DNA of 64,000 bases from Candidatus Niyogibacteria bacterium (GTDB lineage: Bacteria; Patescibacteriota; Minisyncoccia; HO2-45-28). The stretch is taken from positions 5,292 through 69,291 of the forward strand of contig JACOYI010000004.1 in assembly GCA_016181935.1 (NCBI GenBank), read 5' to 3'. Below are positions 44,927 through 54,527 of the stretch, in pieces. The stretch's first letter is position 1. Every line of letters starts with the position of its first letter. Position numbers and translations under genes: made by a program. Below the pieces are notes generated by a model. That model did not search any database. It was not told where the DNA came from and worked only from the letters and a program-made list of their open reading frames with translations.

Positions 44927-47900
44927 CTAGAGCGGATTCGGAGATGTGGTGGAGGCGCTGCACCCGGCACCGCAAACGATTGAATACTTTCCAATCGCCT
45001 CAATGTCGAGACGGTTTTCTGAAAACGAAACATTTGAAATCGTCGTTGTTGCGTTGATGACTGAAAGACCGACATTGACCGAACCCATGACGGATCCCCC
45101 TTCAAGCATCAGCGAACCGCCGATCACCCGAAGACCGTTTGAATTATTCGCAAACGCGCTTCCGAAAATGATTCCGTTTCCGTTTTCAATCAAAACGCCG
45201 TAAGAATCTCCGCCTTCGCGATTATTGCGAAATGTTGATCCGGCTATATCAACCGGCGCGCCGTTTATCAAGTGGACGCCGTGCTTCATCGAATATTCAA
45301 CGGCGACATTCCGGAATAAAACCGCGGCTCCGTCCACGATCACCGCCGCACGGCGAAGCATGTTGGAATACCATCGCCCGCCGTAACGGATCACGACATT
45401 TTCCAATGCCGAGTTTACGCTCGTTGGACTGAAATAAATTTGCTTCCAAGAACCAATGTCGGGACACGCCGCCGTGGATGATGCATTGGATGGATCGCAT
45501 ATCCCGTCGCCATTCATATCGCCGCCATATTCGTCGTCCGCGAGACCGGTAAATATGATCGGCTCCGACGCACTGCCGATGGCGCGAAGCGTCCCCAAAA
45601 CGCCCAAGGTCGGCGCGCCGGATGGATTTGTCATTTTAATAACAACGCCCGGCTCGATCGTGAGCGTCACGCCGGCCGCGACCGTTATCGTATCAGCAAC
45701 CAAATACGGGGAGTTTTCTTTGGTGAGCGTTTTATCGGCCGTCAGCATGGAACCGTTCGCGATTTCATAACTGATGCTGTTGCGCGCTTTTGGCGTTCCG
45801 TTGATTTGCGCCCCGCCGGCATCATTTCCGTTTTTTATCAGCGTGTTGTTTCGCCCCCAATTCGCACAATCATTGCCGGATGCATTTGCATCATAGCGTT
45901 CCATGGTCCAAAACCATGGCGATTCGAGACCGGCACACCAGCGACCCCGCGGACCTAATGTCCCAACCTCATCCATCGTCGTTGTCGCCGCGCCGTCAAA
46001 ATATTCAAGAAACAATTTTTCGCCTCCGTTTTCGAGACCCGACCCGTTCCCGTTTCCGCTAAACGGCGCGATCAGATTCGCCGTAATATCGCTGACCGTG
46101 TCATCGTCCGTACGCTCGATCAAATAAAATCCCTTTGCTGGAATGATGCCGTCGAGTTCAATGAACGGCACGCCATCCGCCGCGCGGATAAACCAATGAT
46201 CGAGCGGAATGTCTATTCCTGTCGGATTATACAGCTCGATCCATTCGTCGGCGGACGATGTCGCGGTACCCATCCATGCGATCTCGTTAATGACAACGGG
46301 ACGCGCTGAAACCTCCACCGTTTTTGAAATCGCCAAACCGTTTCCGACCGCATCAACTGCTTGGACCGTGAATGTATACAAGACCCGATCGCTTACAGGA
46401 ACGACGACCGCCGCTGATGATGTTGCGATGATCTGCGGAAAACCGGAGCATGCCGTACCGGCGGTCTCGCATGCAATTTCAAACCGCGCGAAGTCCGGCG
46501 CGTCCGATGATGCAACAAGCGTTACCGTTGTCGTTGCGATCAAACATCCGGAAGACGAAAATGACGCCGCACATTCGAGAATTTCGAATGTAAAATCCGG
46601 CGGCACGTTTAGCGGCGGCGTGGATGTTGCCGCTTCTTCCGTTGAAGTCGCGGACTCTAGTGTCAACGGCGCGGCAATTTCATCTGTTGCTGTAGTAATA
46701 GAAGTATCCGCGGTTCCAGCTTGTCCGCCTAAATTTTGCTCAGTAAACTTTTGGCGCGGCGCCTCGCCGCCCGCGCCTGCAGAACCCGCAGGAATCGCAA
46801 TCAAACCAAACGAGTCACGAAGCGGTGGGTTCGGCGTGCTCGCCGTAAGCGAATTCGGATCGTAGCTGGAATCCATGACAATAGTTCCCGCTACCGCATC
46901 TCCGCTGTAAATAAGAGGTTCGACCTCAAGATTGCTGAGAGGTCGAACCTCGGAATTTGAGTTCAAAGGTTTAACCTCGTCTGTTCCTGAGGTCAAACCT
47001 TGGCGGTCGTCTGGTGATTGTGAACTTGGAAACCGAGTTTCCAAGTCGTTAGAATTCCCCAAATCCTCCGGTGTTACACTTGAACCATAAAGCGCGGCGG
47101 TAATGTTAAAAATGCTGTCGCGCGAGGCATCAAAAATTTTCTGAAACCATGTGCGGTTTTTCAAATAAAGCGCCTTTGTCTGTTTTTCCTTTTCAACCTT
47201 ATCAAAAAACAACTTGATGACTCCGGCGCCGTGAAGAACGGCCTGTTTAGAAAGTCGGGACCAGTAGTCGGAGAGGATGAGGTTGTCATTATCTTTTAGT
47301 TGCGGCCTCTCATCGCCTATCGAGGTTCTCCATTCTTCATTAATTGGCATCAAAGCTAATTTATATTTGCTATCTTTCGAATCTCGGTACGCAAACCTAT
47401 AGACTTGACCATCACTTAAAATCTCTTTTTTAAAAAAATCTACTGTCGGAGATGTATAGTTTGGAGAAAAAATCGTATCTTCGCTGAAAAAATTACCGTT
47501 CGAGTATGCGGCGAGATTTCCAAAATAATCTTCGAGTGAATTGAGTAGAGTTGGCTTACTATTTCCGATGCCAACTAACTCAAATCCGTTCTCAAATTTT
47601 TCGGTCCAGTGTTCGTATGGGCTTCCCCAATCAAGGATTGACGGATGCGGGTCGTTGCGCGTATGATCCGGCACGCTCGCGTCCTGAATCAAATGCAAAA
47701 TATGTCCGAGCGTCTCAAGTCCACGATTTTTGTCACGCCACGCGTATTCGTAGATCGCGCGCTCCCATGAAAAATCATCCTCGGTCGAAAAAAGCTCCTT
47801 GATGCCGCCCGCCCCAACCGCCGCAAGACCCCCTTGCTCAATGGTCGCTTCGGCCCATTCTTTGGAGCTCGAAAATCCAAAAAGTCCGCGCTCGTACACG

Positions 47901-48145
47901 GGGTCATAGAAATGATGCATAAACCGCGCGCCGTCATCCTCTTCCATGCTTCCCTGTTTCATAAGCGCTTTTGCGCCGTCATCCAGTTTGAGTGCTGAAA
48001 AATGACTGTTAAAGAAATCAACCGTTTCGTCGGTCAATGCTGCATGCGTCCCAACTCCATATGCAAATAGAAAAGACGGCCACAACAAAATTGTTGTGAC
48101 CGCGTAAATAAAGAGGCGCTTGATTACATATCGTAAATCTTCCAT
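44927..48145 (-). CDS. Large secreted protein: Zn-dependent phospholipase C/P1 nuclease-like domain, linker, lamin-tail domain, beta-helix
   Basis: AYGVGTH, HFYDP, GHILHLIQDASVPDH; VINEIAWMG..DEWIELYN; repetitive beta C-terminus. Confidence 0.8.
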   Translation of the reverse strand: MEDLRYVIKRLFIYAVTTILLWPSFLFAYGVGTHAALTDETVDFFNSHFSALKLDDGAKALMKQGSMEEDDGARFMHHFYDPVYERGLFGFSSSKEWAEATIEQGGLAAVGAGGIKELFSTEDDFSWERAIYEYAWRDKNRGLETLGHILHLIQDASVPDHTRNDPHPSILDWGSPYEHWTEKFENGFELVGIGNSKPTLLNSLEDYFGNLAAYSNGNFFSEDTIFSPNYTSPTVDFFKKEILSDGQVYRFAYRDSKDSKYKLALMPINEEWRTSIGDERPQLKDNDNLILSDYWSRLSKQAVLHGAGVIKLFFDKVEKEKQTKALYLKNRTWFQKIFDASRDSIFNITAALYGSSVTPEDLGNSNDLETRFPSSQSPDDRQGLTSGTDEVKPLNSNSEVRPLSNLEVEPLIYSGDAVAGTIVMDSSYDPNSLTASTPNPPLRDSFGLIAIPAGSAGAGGEAPRQKFTEQNLGGQAGTADTSITTATDEIAAPLTLESATSTEEAATSTPPLNVPPDFTFEILECAASFSSSGCLIATTTVTLVASSDAPDFARFEIACETAGTACSGFPQIIATSSAAVVVPVSDRVLYTFTVQAVDAVGNGLAISKTVEVSARPVVINEIAWMGTATSSADEWIELYNPTGIDIPLDHWFIRAADGVPFIELDGIIPAKGFYLIERTDDDTVSDITANLIAPFSGNGNGSGLENGGEKLFLEYFDGAATTTMDEVGTLGPRGRWCAGLESPWFWTMERYDANASGNDCANWGRNNTLIKNGNDAGGAQINGTPKARNSISYEIANGSMLTADKTLTKENSPYLVADTITVAAGVTLTIEPGVVIKMTNPSGAPTLGVLGTLRAIGSASEPIIFTGLADDEYGGDMNGDGICDPSNASSTAACPDIGSWKQIYFSPTSVNSALENVVIRYGGRWYSNMLRRAAVIVDGAAVLFRNVAVEYSMKHGVHLINGAPVDIAGSTFRNNREGGDSYGVLIENGNGIIFGSAFANNSNGLRVIGGSLMLEGGSVMGSVNVGLSVINATTTISNVSFSENRLDIEAIGKYSIVCGAGCSASTTSPNPL
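46915..47046. repeat. Five REP-like palindromes in-frame in a protein linker
   Basis: Four AGGT-NNN-ACCT palindromes plus ACTTGGAAAC-CGA-GTTTCCAAGT. Confidence 0.8.
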
Positions 48146-48597
48146 AGCTTATTATATGGGTTCACGGCGAGTGAAATTTGCAAAGTCACCTCGTTATCTT
48201 TATTTGCAACTGTAAAAAGCACGGATTCATTATCCTCTTTTCCTATTTTTGCTTTTTCAAGATCAGTTATCATCTCATCAAAAAATCCATTCTCCATAAT
48301 CTTTTTAAAATTTTTATTCCATTCTTCCTGTTTATCCACAATAAAATACCTACTCGCCAGCTCGATATCCCCTGCTTTCAGGGCGTCAATAAATAACTGC
48401 AGGGTCTCCTCCGGTGTCTGACCGCCATAGGTATCCTCCGCATACAGCCGCTCAAGCTCTGCGAGCCGCCGTTCTGCCTGCCGCTCCGGACTAAAATAGG
48501 TTTGCAAAACATAAAGCGAAATGAGCGATACCCCGATGATCGCCACAAACCCCGCAATAAACTTCAAACTTGTTTTATTGATCATCGTATTGTTCAT
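48124..48597 (-). CDS. Membrane-anchored hypothetical protein
   Basis: TM segment then DTYGGQTPEETLQLFIDAL; overlaps the start of the downstream gene. Confidence 0.75.
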   Translation of the reverse strand: MNNTMINKTSLKFIAGFVAIIGVSLISLYVLQTYFSPERQAERRLAELERLYAEDTYGGQTPEETLQLFIDALKAGDIELASRYFIVDKQEEWNKNFKKIMENGFFDEMITDLEKAKIGKEDNESVLFTVANKDNEVTLQISLAVNPYNKLWKIYDM

Positions 48598-48621
48598 TTA
48601 TGTATATATGCCCCACCCCAC

Positions 48622-49492
48622 TCCCAAAGGGTAGTCCTTTGGGTGGATACTGTGGATAACTATGCATACTGCTCTCTACCTAAAAGATTCTCCTCCGGAA
48701 CCGAAGAAAACTGGATCCATTCTGTAATGAAATCCTCAAATTCCCCCGATTCGTTGAAATACTCCGGAAAGGCGTTTTGAGTAAGAACGATTCTCTCGGG
48801 CCGCTTCTTTCCCGCGTAATCCGCATAGCTCGAATATCCGTAGCGATTCAAAAAATCCCGCGCCCGCTCCGTGTCCTCCACCCCTCTTTCCCGCCATTCC
48901 GGATACAAAAATTTCAAGGGATTTAAATGAATATAGGAAAAAAGGTACTTCAAATACTCGTCGCTCTCCGTGTGCCGCGCCTGAAACGTCCCCTCGAACA
49001 GTCCGCCGGTCCGTCCGTATCTCTTATTATAGTACATCGAATACGCGGTCGAGACCTTCCCCATGAATTTCGTGATGGAATTCTCGGCTGTTTCCTTCAA
49101 AAGAAGGTGAAAATGGTTCGGCATCAGGCAATAGGCGCCGACAGCAACCAACTCCTCTCCCTTATCCACCTTCTCCAGTTCATCGAATTTCCCAAAGGGT
49201 AGTCCTTTGGGAAACTGATCGCGTATATTGACCGGCTTCGAGCCGTTGCAAAGATACAAAAGCGCTAAAAACCGCGAGTAGTCATTGGGATTCTCAAAAA
49301 TCGATCGCTTGTCATTCCCGCGATTAAAAACGTGATAGAACTCTCCGATTGAAAATTCGAATTTTCGCTCCATCCACCCATTCAATCACCCATAATTCCC
49401 AAAGGGTAGTCCTTTGGGTGGATAAACTGTGGATAACTTCCTCCAAAGGGCCGCTTTTTGGGAAAGTTATCCACCCAAAGGACTACCCTTTG
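48622..49492 (-). mobile_element. RAYT locus: Y1 transposase flanked by REP/DnaA-box composite repeats
   Basis: About 40-bp direct repeats at 48622-48661 and 49397-49438; inverted copy 49465-49492; internal copy 49191-49211. Confidence 0.8.
48660..49373 (-). CDS. REP-associated tyrosine transposase (HUH Y1, RAYT-like)
   Basis: YHVFNRGN, YCLMPNHFHLLL (HUH), YIHLNP, YSSY. Confidence 0.92.
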   Translation of the reverse strand: MERKFEFSIGEFYHVFNRGNDKRSIFENPNDYSRFLALLYLCNGSKPVNIRDQFPKGLPFGKFDELEKVDKGEELVAVGAYCLMPNHFHLLLKETAENSITKFMGKVSTAYSMYYNKRYGRTGGLFEGTFQARHTESDEYLKYLFSYIHLNPLKFLYPEWRERGVEDTERARDFLNRYGYSSYADYAGKKRPERIVLTQNAFPEYFNESGEFEDFITEWIQFSSVPEENLLGREQYA

Positions 49493-49496
49493 TATA

Positions 49497-50216
49497 TTAA
49501 AGATTGGAGAGGGCGGTTTTTAGGTCTTGAGAGGAGTCGGGGTTCGAAGCAATGCCGTCCTGCAAAACCTTGCGGGCTTTCGCTGTATCTTTCATGATAT
49601 CCACATAAAACTCGTAGGTTTTGTAATAGGGATAGACACTATTCGGCTCGGCGGCGATGCCTGCCAAAAGATACTGCTCCGCTTTTGCGTTATCCTTCAA
49701 ATACCATCCGTACAAATCGCCAAGATTCAAAAATGCGGTGGAGCTTTTGGGTCGCAAAATCGTAGCGAATTTCCACGCTTCGATCGCCCCATTATAATCA
49801 TTTGCCGCTTTCCGGAAAATACCGAGATTTAGCCATCCTTGAAGGTAGTCATAATTCTCGGTGAGTGTCTTTATTACCGCGGTAATTTTTGAAACCGCAT
49901 CTGCGTTCGCGTCTGCCGGAATCTCGCGTGTTAAACTCGGCATCTGCGCCTTAATCAATTCTTTTACGTCTTCTTCGGAGGCCGAATCTTTTGCGTTTTC
50001 TTCAGAAATTAGATTTTTCAACCCCTCATCTGTTGTCGTTCCTTTTCTTAAAGAATCGCTATTCGGAATCCGGTCCCAAATATACCAACCGCTGATGCCA
50101 AAAGCGGCTATAAGAAAAATTACAAAAACAAGCATCCGAGACGTACTTAACATGACTTTTTCTTCGGGCGCTGTTTCTTTGGGGTCTATAGATTCCATAG
50201 AATCCAATCCTATCAA
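49497..50216 (-). CDS. Membrane-anchored TPR protein
   Basis: TM segment then TPR patterns WLNLG and AFLNLGDLY; start uncertain. Confidence 0.8.
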   Translation of the reverse strand: MIGLDSMESIDPKETAPEEKVMLSTSRMLVFVIFLIAAFGISGWYIWDRIPNSDSLRKGTTTDEGLKNLISEENAKDSASEEDVKELIKAQMPSLTREIPADANADAVSKITAVIKTLTENYDYLQGWLNLGIFRKAANDYNGAIEAWKFATILRPKSSTAFLNLGDLYGWYLKDNAKAEQYLLAGIAAEPNSVYPYYKTYEFYVDIMKDTAKARKVLQDGIASNPDSSQDLKTALSNL

Positions 50217-50258
50217 AAAAAGCTTTAAAATTCAACAAGACTGTTTAAAAAGGATTGG

Positions 50259-50302
50259 TTATACACAGGTTATCCACCCAAAGGACTACCCTTTGGGTGG
50301 AT
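50259..50302. repeat. DnaA box plus extended REP hairpin
   Basis: TTATACACA then ATCCACCCAAAGG-ACTAC-CCTTTGGGTGGAT. Confidence 0.85.
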
Positions 50303-50323
50303 GGAGTTAGATGGAGAACAAAG

Positions 50324-50354
50324 AAAACCCCCCGCCTTTGGCGGGGGGTTTTCC
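50324..50354. terminator. Terminator hairpin after the large surface protein gene
   Basis: GAAAACCCCCCGCC-TTT-GGCGGGGGGTTTTC. Confidence 0.75.
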
Positions 50355-50413
50355 CATACTGCTCGCTAAGCCACAAGGATGCTTAGGAGTGTACTATGCT
50401 TGCAATTCGAGGA

Positions 50414-53400
50414 TCAGTTGGACGAGAAGTACTCGTAATCCTGGTCATCGAAGATTCCGTAGCCGTTCGTGAAGTCGAGATCAAACCGGCTTACAGCCGT
50501 TGTCGTTGAAATCGGCGACCAGATAAAGTCGTTATTGGTGTCGTTTTCAACGATTGAGGCCTGACGCATAGCAGCATTTACGCCATGAGTTGTAGTCGGA
50601 AATGCCGCGTCGCCGCTGATCCGAACCGAAATCTGATCCGTAACCGTATTTCCGGTTTCCACATTCGCAATCGTGCCCTTCAACTGGAACCATCGGGTTG
50701 CGCCAGACGGAATTGTGTATGTCGTTGTTGCGGCACATGCCGTTGTTCCTTTATCCGGATAGATCATGACCTGTAACGGACTATTGTTCACGCCCGGTGT
50801 CTGCGTTGTGTTCGTTATTTTGTTGTCACCATTCACGCAGTTTCCGTAGTTGATAAGGCCGTTGGTAAAGCCTTGATCCGCAAGACCAGTCGTGAATGTG
50901 GTCGAGTCATACACGTACAACCCATAGGTCGATGTTGTTGCCTGCTGTGTAGAAGACGAAACATCGAACTGGAATTTGTAGATCGCAAGATCTCCGTTGT
51001 TCGCTTTGACACTGAACCGATACAACACATAGCCGCTCTGGGTTCCACCCGACAATGTGTATGTCGGCAAGCTGGTCAATTTGGTCAGCGACGGATATGC
51101 CTTGTAGATACGAACACCATTGGATGCAGTGTCGCTAGAAGCCGGCGTGATATTACTGCCGGATGCGACACCAACGCCGTAGTTACCGTTTGTTCCTTCG
51201 TTGTCACCGTCATAATCAACATACAAGAGATCGCCGGACTCCGTCAGCGGACCGGAATTGCTAACCGCCGAGATATCTCCCTTGACTGTCAAAACCTTTG
51301 CGGTATCACGCAGAATGCGGAAGTTTGTTATGGCACTCGATGTTGCCGCATCGCCAGTCGGGAAAATTGCCTCGCCTACTTGCGTCGCGCCATCCCACAA
51401 CGTTACTTTGCGTCCCACCAAGTCAACCGGTGTGTTGGATGCATTATTCGTTAACTGAAGCGCGACTTGTCGAAGGTCAATATCCTCATTTGCTGCCGAG
51501 AAACGGATCTTCGAAAGCGTAACTCCCGTCGCACCAGCTCCCACCTGCGTGTATCCGGGGCTTCCTGCATCCAACGCAACCGTAAGCGATCCGCCTGTAG
51601 ACACGGTCATTTTTTGACCTGCGGAATCTGTGAAGGTCTCCGTAACGGTCTGGCCGCTCGTAAGTCCTGACGCGCCGGTGAAATTATCATCTTCCGCTCC
51701 GTCAATACCCCACTCGAAGAAACCATTGTTCGTGGCAGAACCCGACACATCGCATTTCACCGTTAAGGTCTTGGATGTTCCTTTTGCAAGAGTGATGCCA
51801 GAACCATCGAACACGAAGCTCGTTGAAGAGCTCTTTGCAGACGGGTTCTTGATATTTGTCGAATTAATAACAACTGCACCGTCATACATCTTGCAATTCG
51901 TAAGATCGGTTGCGGCGCCAGCACCCGTAGAGAAGTTGTACTCCACCGGCAAACTGACCAAGCGAATATCTTCGCCCGCCGCTGTCGTATCCACGATGTA
52001 ATTGGCAAATGCGAATTGAGATACTCCTCGAATCACGGTCTGTGCGATCGGAACGCTCGATACCGAAACCGTCAGCGCGCCGGTCTTCACCGTCATTGCG
52101 CTAAAGGTGAGAGCCGAGTCCGGATTCGGAGTAATGGTTTTACCCGTAATTTGACCGGTTACTGTTCCCCAGTTCGACGGCGTTGTAGATGCCGTAATCG
52201 TATCGTCGTTGTCGAAGTCCGTTCCGTATTTTCCTTTCAAGATATAGCTCTTTACGCCGATCGGGAACGTGATGGTGTCTGTGAAGATAATTTCTGCATC
52301 GGATTTACCTGTTGCGCCCCCCGTATCGGCTTCCACTGCGCCATCAACCGGACCCGCAACAACCGCGCCGTTTTCATCGTAGAGCGAGAAGCTCGTAAGA
52401 TCGGCTTCGGTTTCACCGGCTCCATCGGTAAGGGTGACGTTAAAGGCCAACCGCGCAACCGTGATCGGTTCTCCGCGAACATCCGTGGTGAATGCGGCCA
52501 ACGGCAGACCCGGCAAGTTTACGGCAACATTTTGCGCCGGAACTAACGCCGAATTCGTTGAAACCGTCATGGTTCCCGCCGAAACCTCTACTTGCGCCGC
52601 ATCGAAGTACGGATCATCCGTGGTCTTGAACTGCGCGCTATCCGCAGTAGTGTTTGAACCAAACGGAGGCGTGATGCCATACCCGTAAGTGGCGCCGGTA
52701 AACGCGATATCGGTTCGCTTCTGAATGTCGAAGTCAATGGTTCTCGCTGAACCGCCAGTAATATCGGCTTTGATCAAGAATTCGCGTGAGAACCCTTTCT
52801 TCATTTCAATTCCTTTTCCTCCGTTATCAGTGAAAATGGTTGTGTAATACTTGCCATCCGCGCTGACCGTCGCCATGTATTCACTCCCATTGCCAAGAAC
52901 CTTTACATTCGAAAGATCATCCTTGGAAGCGGAACCCGACTGATACCATCGGATGTATTTAATGTATACATCTTCCTGGCTTCCGGAGGTGAGCTTAACA
53001 GCCGAAAAGGTGTAATTCTTTGTTCCAACTTCTTTGGTCTGTGAAGAGCCCGGGTCCAACGAACCGCGCGCTACCGTGCTGATCGTACCAATAGAAAGCG
53101 TTTCGTTAATCGTATGACCCGCGCCCGTAATCGGGAATGAACCAACCACGGGAGCATTTGCAGCAACGCCAACTACGGAAAGGTAGGCGATCTGTCCGCC
53201 GTATCCGCCAGGTGTTGTCTGTGCATTGCCCGCGATCGTCATCGTTCGGGTTTGACCCGCATTGATGGTGAAATCCTCGGTTAAAATCGCTTGGTGCAAA
53301 GAATTTAGGGTTTTCACCAATCCAACTTGCGTTCCGTTTTCATCTAAGAGAAGGACTCCGGAGAATGCTGCATCGTTCGCAAGACCCGTTCGTTCCACCG

Positions 53401-54049
53401 TGATGGAATCCACTGTTACAGCGCCGTTTGCCGGGGCCGTCAAGCGCAATACCGTGAATGGCACGCGCGCTGAATCCTCTGGCATCAAACTGGATGCCGG
53501 CTGGGTTCCTGCCGTAACCGTCAAACCACTGCCGACAGGGACAACGACTGTCCCGCCCGTGGTTCCTCCGGTCGTTCCTCCCGCAAGCGAATTATATTTT
53601 GCCTGCGAAATAGGACCGAAATAACCGACTGCCGGCGAAACTCCATTTGCCGCCTGCCATTTTGCGACCGCCGCGCGGGTCAATGAACCAAAATACGATG
53701 ATTCATTTCCCGGAGAACCGGCTCCGCTTGCGGAAACTTGGTATCCCGCGCCATTAAGGTATTTCTGCAGACACGTTACATCTGTGCCCGTCGAACCCAC
53801 GGTAAGGCTTCGCGTGAATCCGCATGCGCCCGCAGTCGTTGTCCCACCCTGCAACGCCGCAAGGTTCGCCTGAAGCGTCGCGATCTGTGCGAGCAGGGCT
53901 TGGATCTGCGCTTGCAGATCGGCAGCTGTCTGCGCTCCGGCAATGACCGGCGCCAGATACGCCGCACCCGCCAACCACAATGCGGTTGTGACGCTAAGAG
54001 CGATGGAAGCAACTTTGTGCTTTTTCGCTTCTTTCGTGAACTGACTCAT
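50414..54049 (-). CDS. Large S-layer-like surface protein with a peptidoglycan-binding domain
   Basis: Signal peptide, coiled coil, PG-binding motif LTVGSTGTDVTCLQKYLN...YFGSLTRAAVAKWQ, long T/G/S-rich beta region. Confidence 0.85.
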   Translation of the reverse strand: MSQFTKEAKKHKVASIALSVTTALWLAGAAYLAPVIAGAQTAADLQAQIQALLAQIATLQANLAALQGGTTTAGACGFTRSLTVGSTGTDVTCLQKYLNGAGYQVSASGAGSPGNESSYFGSLTRAAVAKWQAANGVSPAVGYFGPISQAKYNSLAGGTTGGTTGGTVVVPVGSGLTVTAGTQPASSLMPEDSARVPFTVLRLTAPANGAVTVDSITVERTGLANDAAFSGVLLLDENGTQVGLVKTLNSLHQAILTEDFTINAGQTRTMTIAGNAQTTPGGYGGQIAYLSVVGVAANAPVVGSFPITGAGHTINETLSIGTISTVARGSLDPGSSQTKEVGTKNYTFSAVKLTSGSQEDVYIKYIRWYQSGSASKDDLSNVKVLGNGSEYMATVSADGKYYTTIFTDNGGKGIEMKKGFSREFLIKADITGGSARTIDFDIQKRTDIAFTGATYGYGITPPFGSNTTADSAQFKTTDDPYFDAAQVEVSAGTMTVSTNSALVPAQNVAVNLPGLPLAAFTTDVRGEPITVARLAFNVTLTDGAGETEADLTSFSLYDENGAVVAGPVDGAVEADTGGATGKSDAEIIFTDTITFPIGVKSYILKGKYGTDFDNDDTITASTTPSNWGTVTGQITGKTITPNPDSALTFSAMTVKTGALTVSVSSVPIAQTVIRGVSQFAFANYIVDTTAAGEDIRLVSLPVEYNFSTGAGAATDLTNCKMYDGAVVINSTNIKNPSAKSSSTSFVFDGSGITLAKGTSKTLTVKCDVSGSATNNGFFEWGIDGAEDDNFTGASGLTSGQTVTETFTDSAGQKMTVSTGGSLTVALDAGSPGYTQVGAGATGVTLSKIRFSAANEDIDLRQVALQLTNNASNTPVDLVGRKVTLWDGATQVGEAIFPTGDAATSSAITNFRILRDTAKVLTVKGDISAVSNSGPLTESGDLLYVDYDGDNEGTNGNYGVGVASGSNITPASSDTASNGVRIYKAYPSLTKLTSLPTYTLSGGTQSGYVLYRFSVKANNGDLAIYKFQFDVSSSTQQATTSTYGLYVYDSTTFTTGLADQGFTNGLINYGNCVNGDNKITNTTQTPGVNNSPLQVMIYPDKGTTACAATTTYTIPSGATRWFQLKGTIANVETGNTVTDQISVRISGDAAFPTTTHGVNAAMRQASIVENDTNNDFIWSPISTTTAVSRFDLDFTNGYGIFDDQDYEYFSSN

Positions 54050-54527
54050 AAATTTTCTTAATTTAACTCTGCAGAGTTCGCTTAAACTTCGACTAGTTAA
54101 GTCCTCTGCATTAAATAATCAATCTAATAACAATTTTCGGAAGATGGAATCAAATTCCGAATCGTCTCGCGATCCGCCAACGGGCGGAGGCGGACGATCA
54201 TCGACCGTTCAATCCCATCATTAATAGCAATTGAATTAAGAGACCACCATCGGTATTTAATTATCAACGTGCGCGTTGTGTCCGTATTTCAGAAATACAG
54301 GAAAGAAGCCGCGCTTCGGCTCTTTTAAATTACGCTCTGCTCGAAAACAGTCGTGCATTCGCACCGACAATCAGCATTACGTTTCTATTATACGGCGTCT
54401 TCAAATCCATGCAATGTTCTTCCGTGTGGATAACTTATTGCGTCGTTTGAAGACAATTTTCAGCGTATCGTTTCCTGAAGAAATGGTCAATAAAAAACCG
54501 CAATAAGGGTATAAATCCCGAAAAATG

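Noticed and set aside
48600-50310. oriC at the DnaA-box cluster
   Set aside because: The boxes are part of dispersed repeats around a transposase; there is no dnaA/dnaN neighbour and no clear unwinding element
50414-54049. Diversity-generating retroelement target
   Set aside because: No reverse transcriptase and no TR/VR pair differing at adenines is visible in the window
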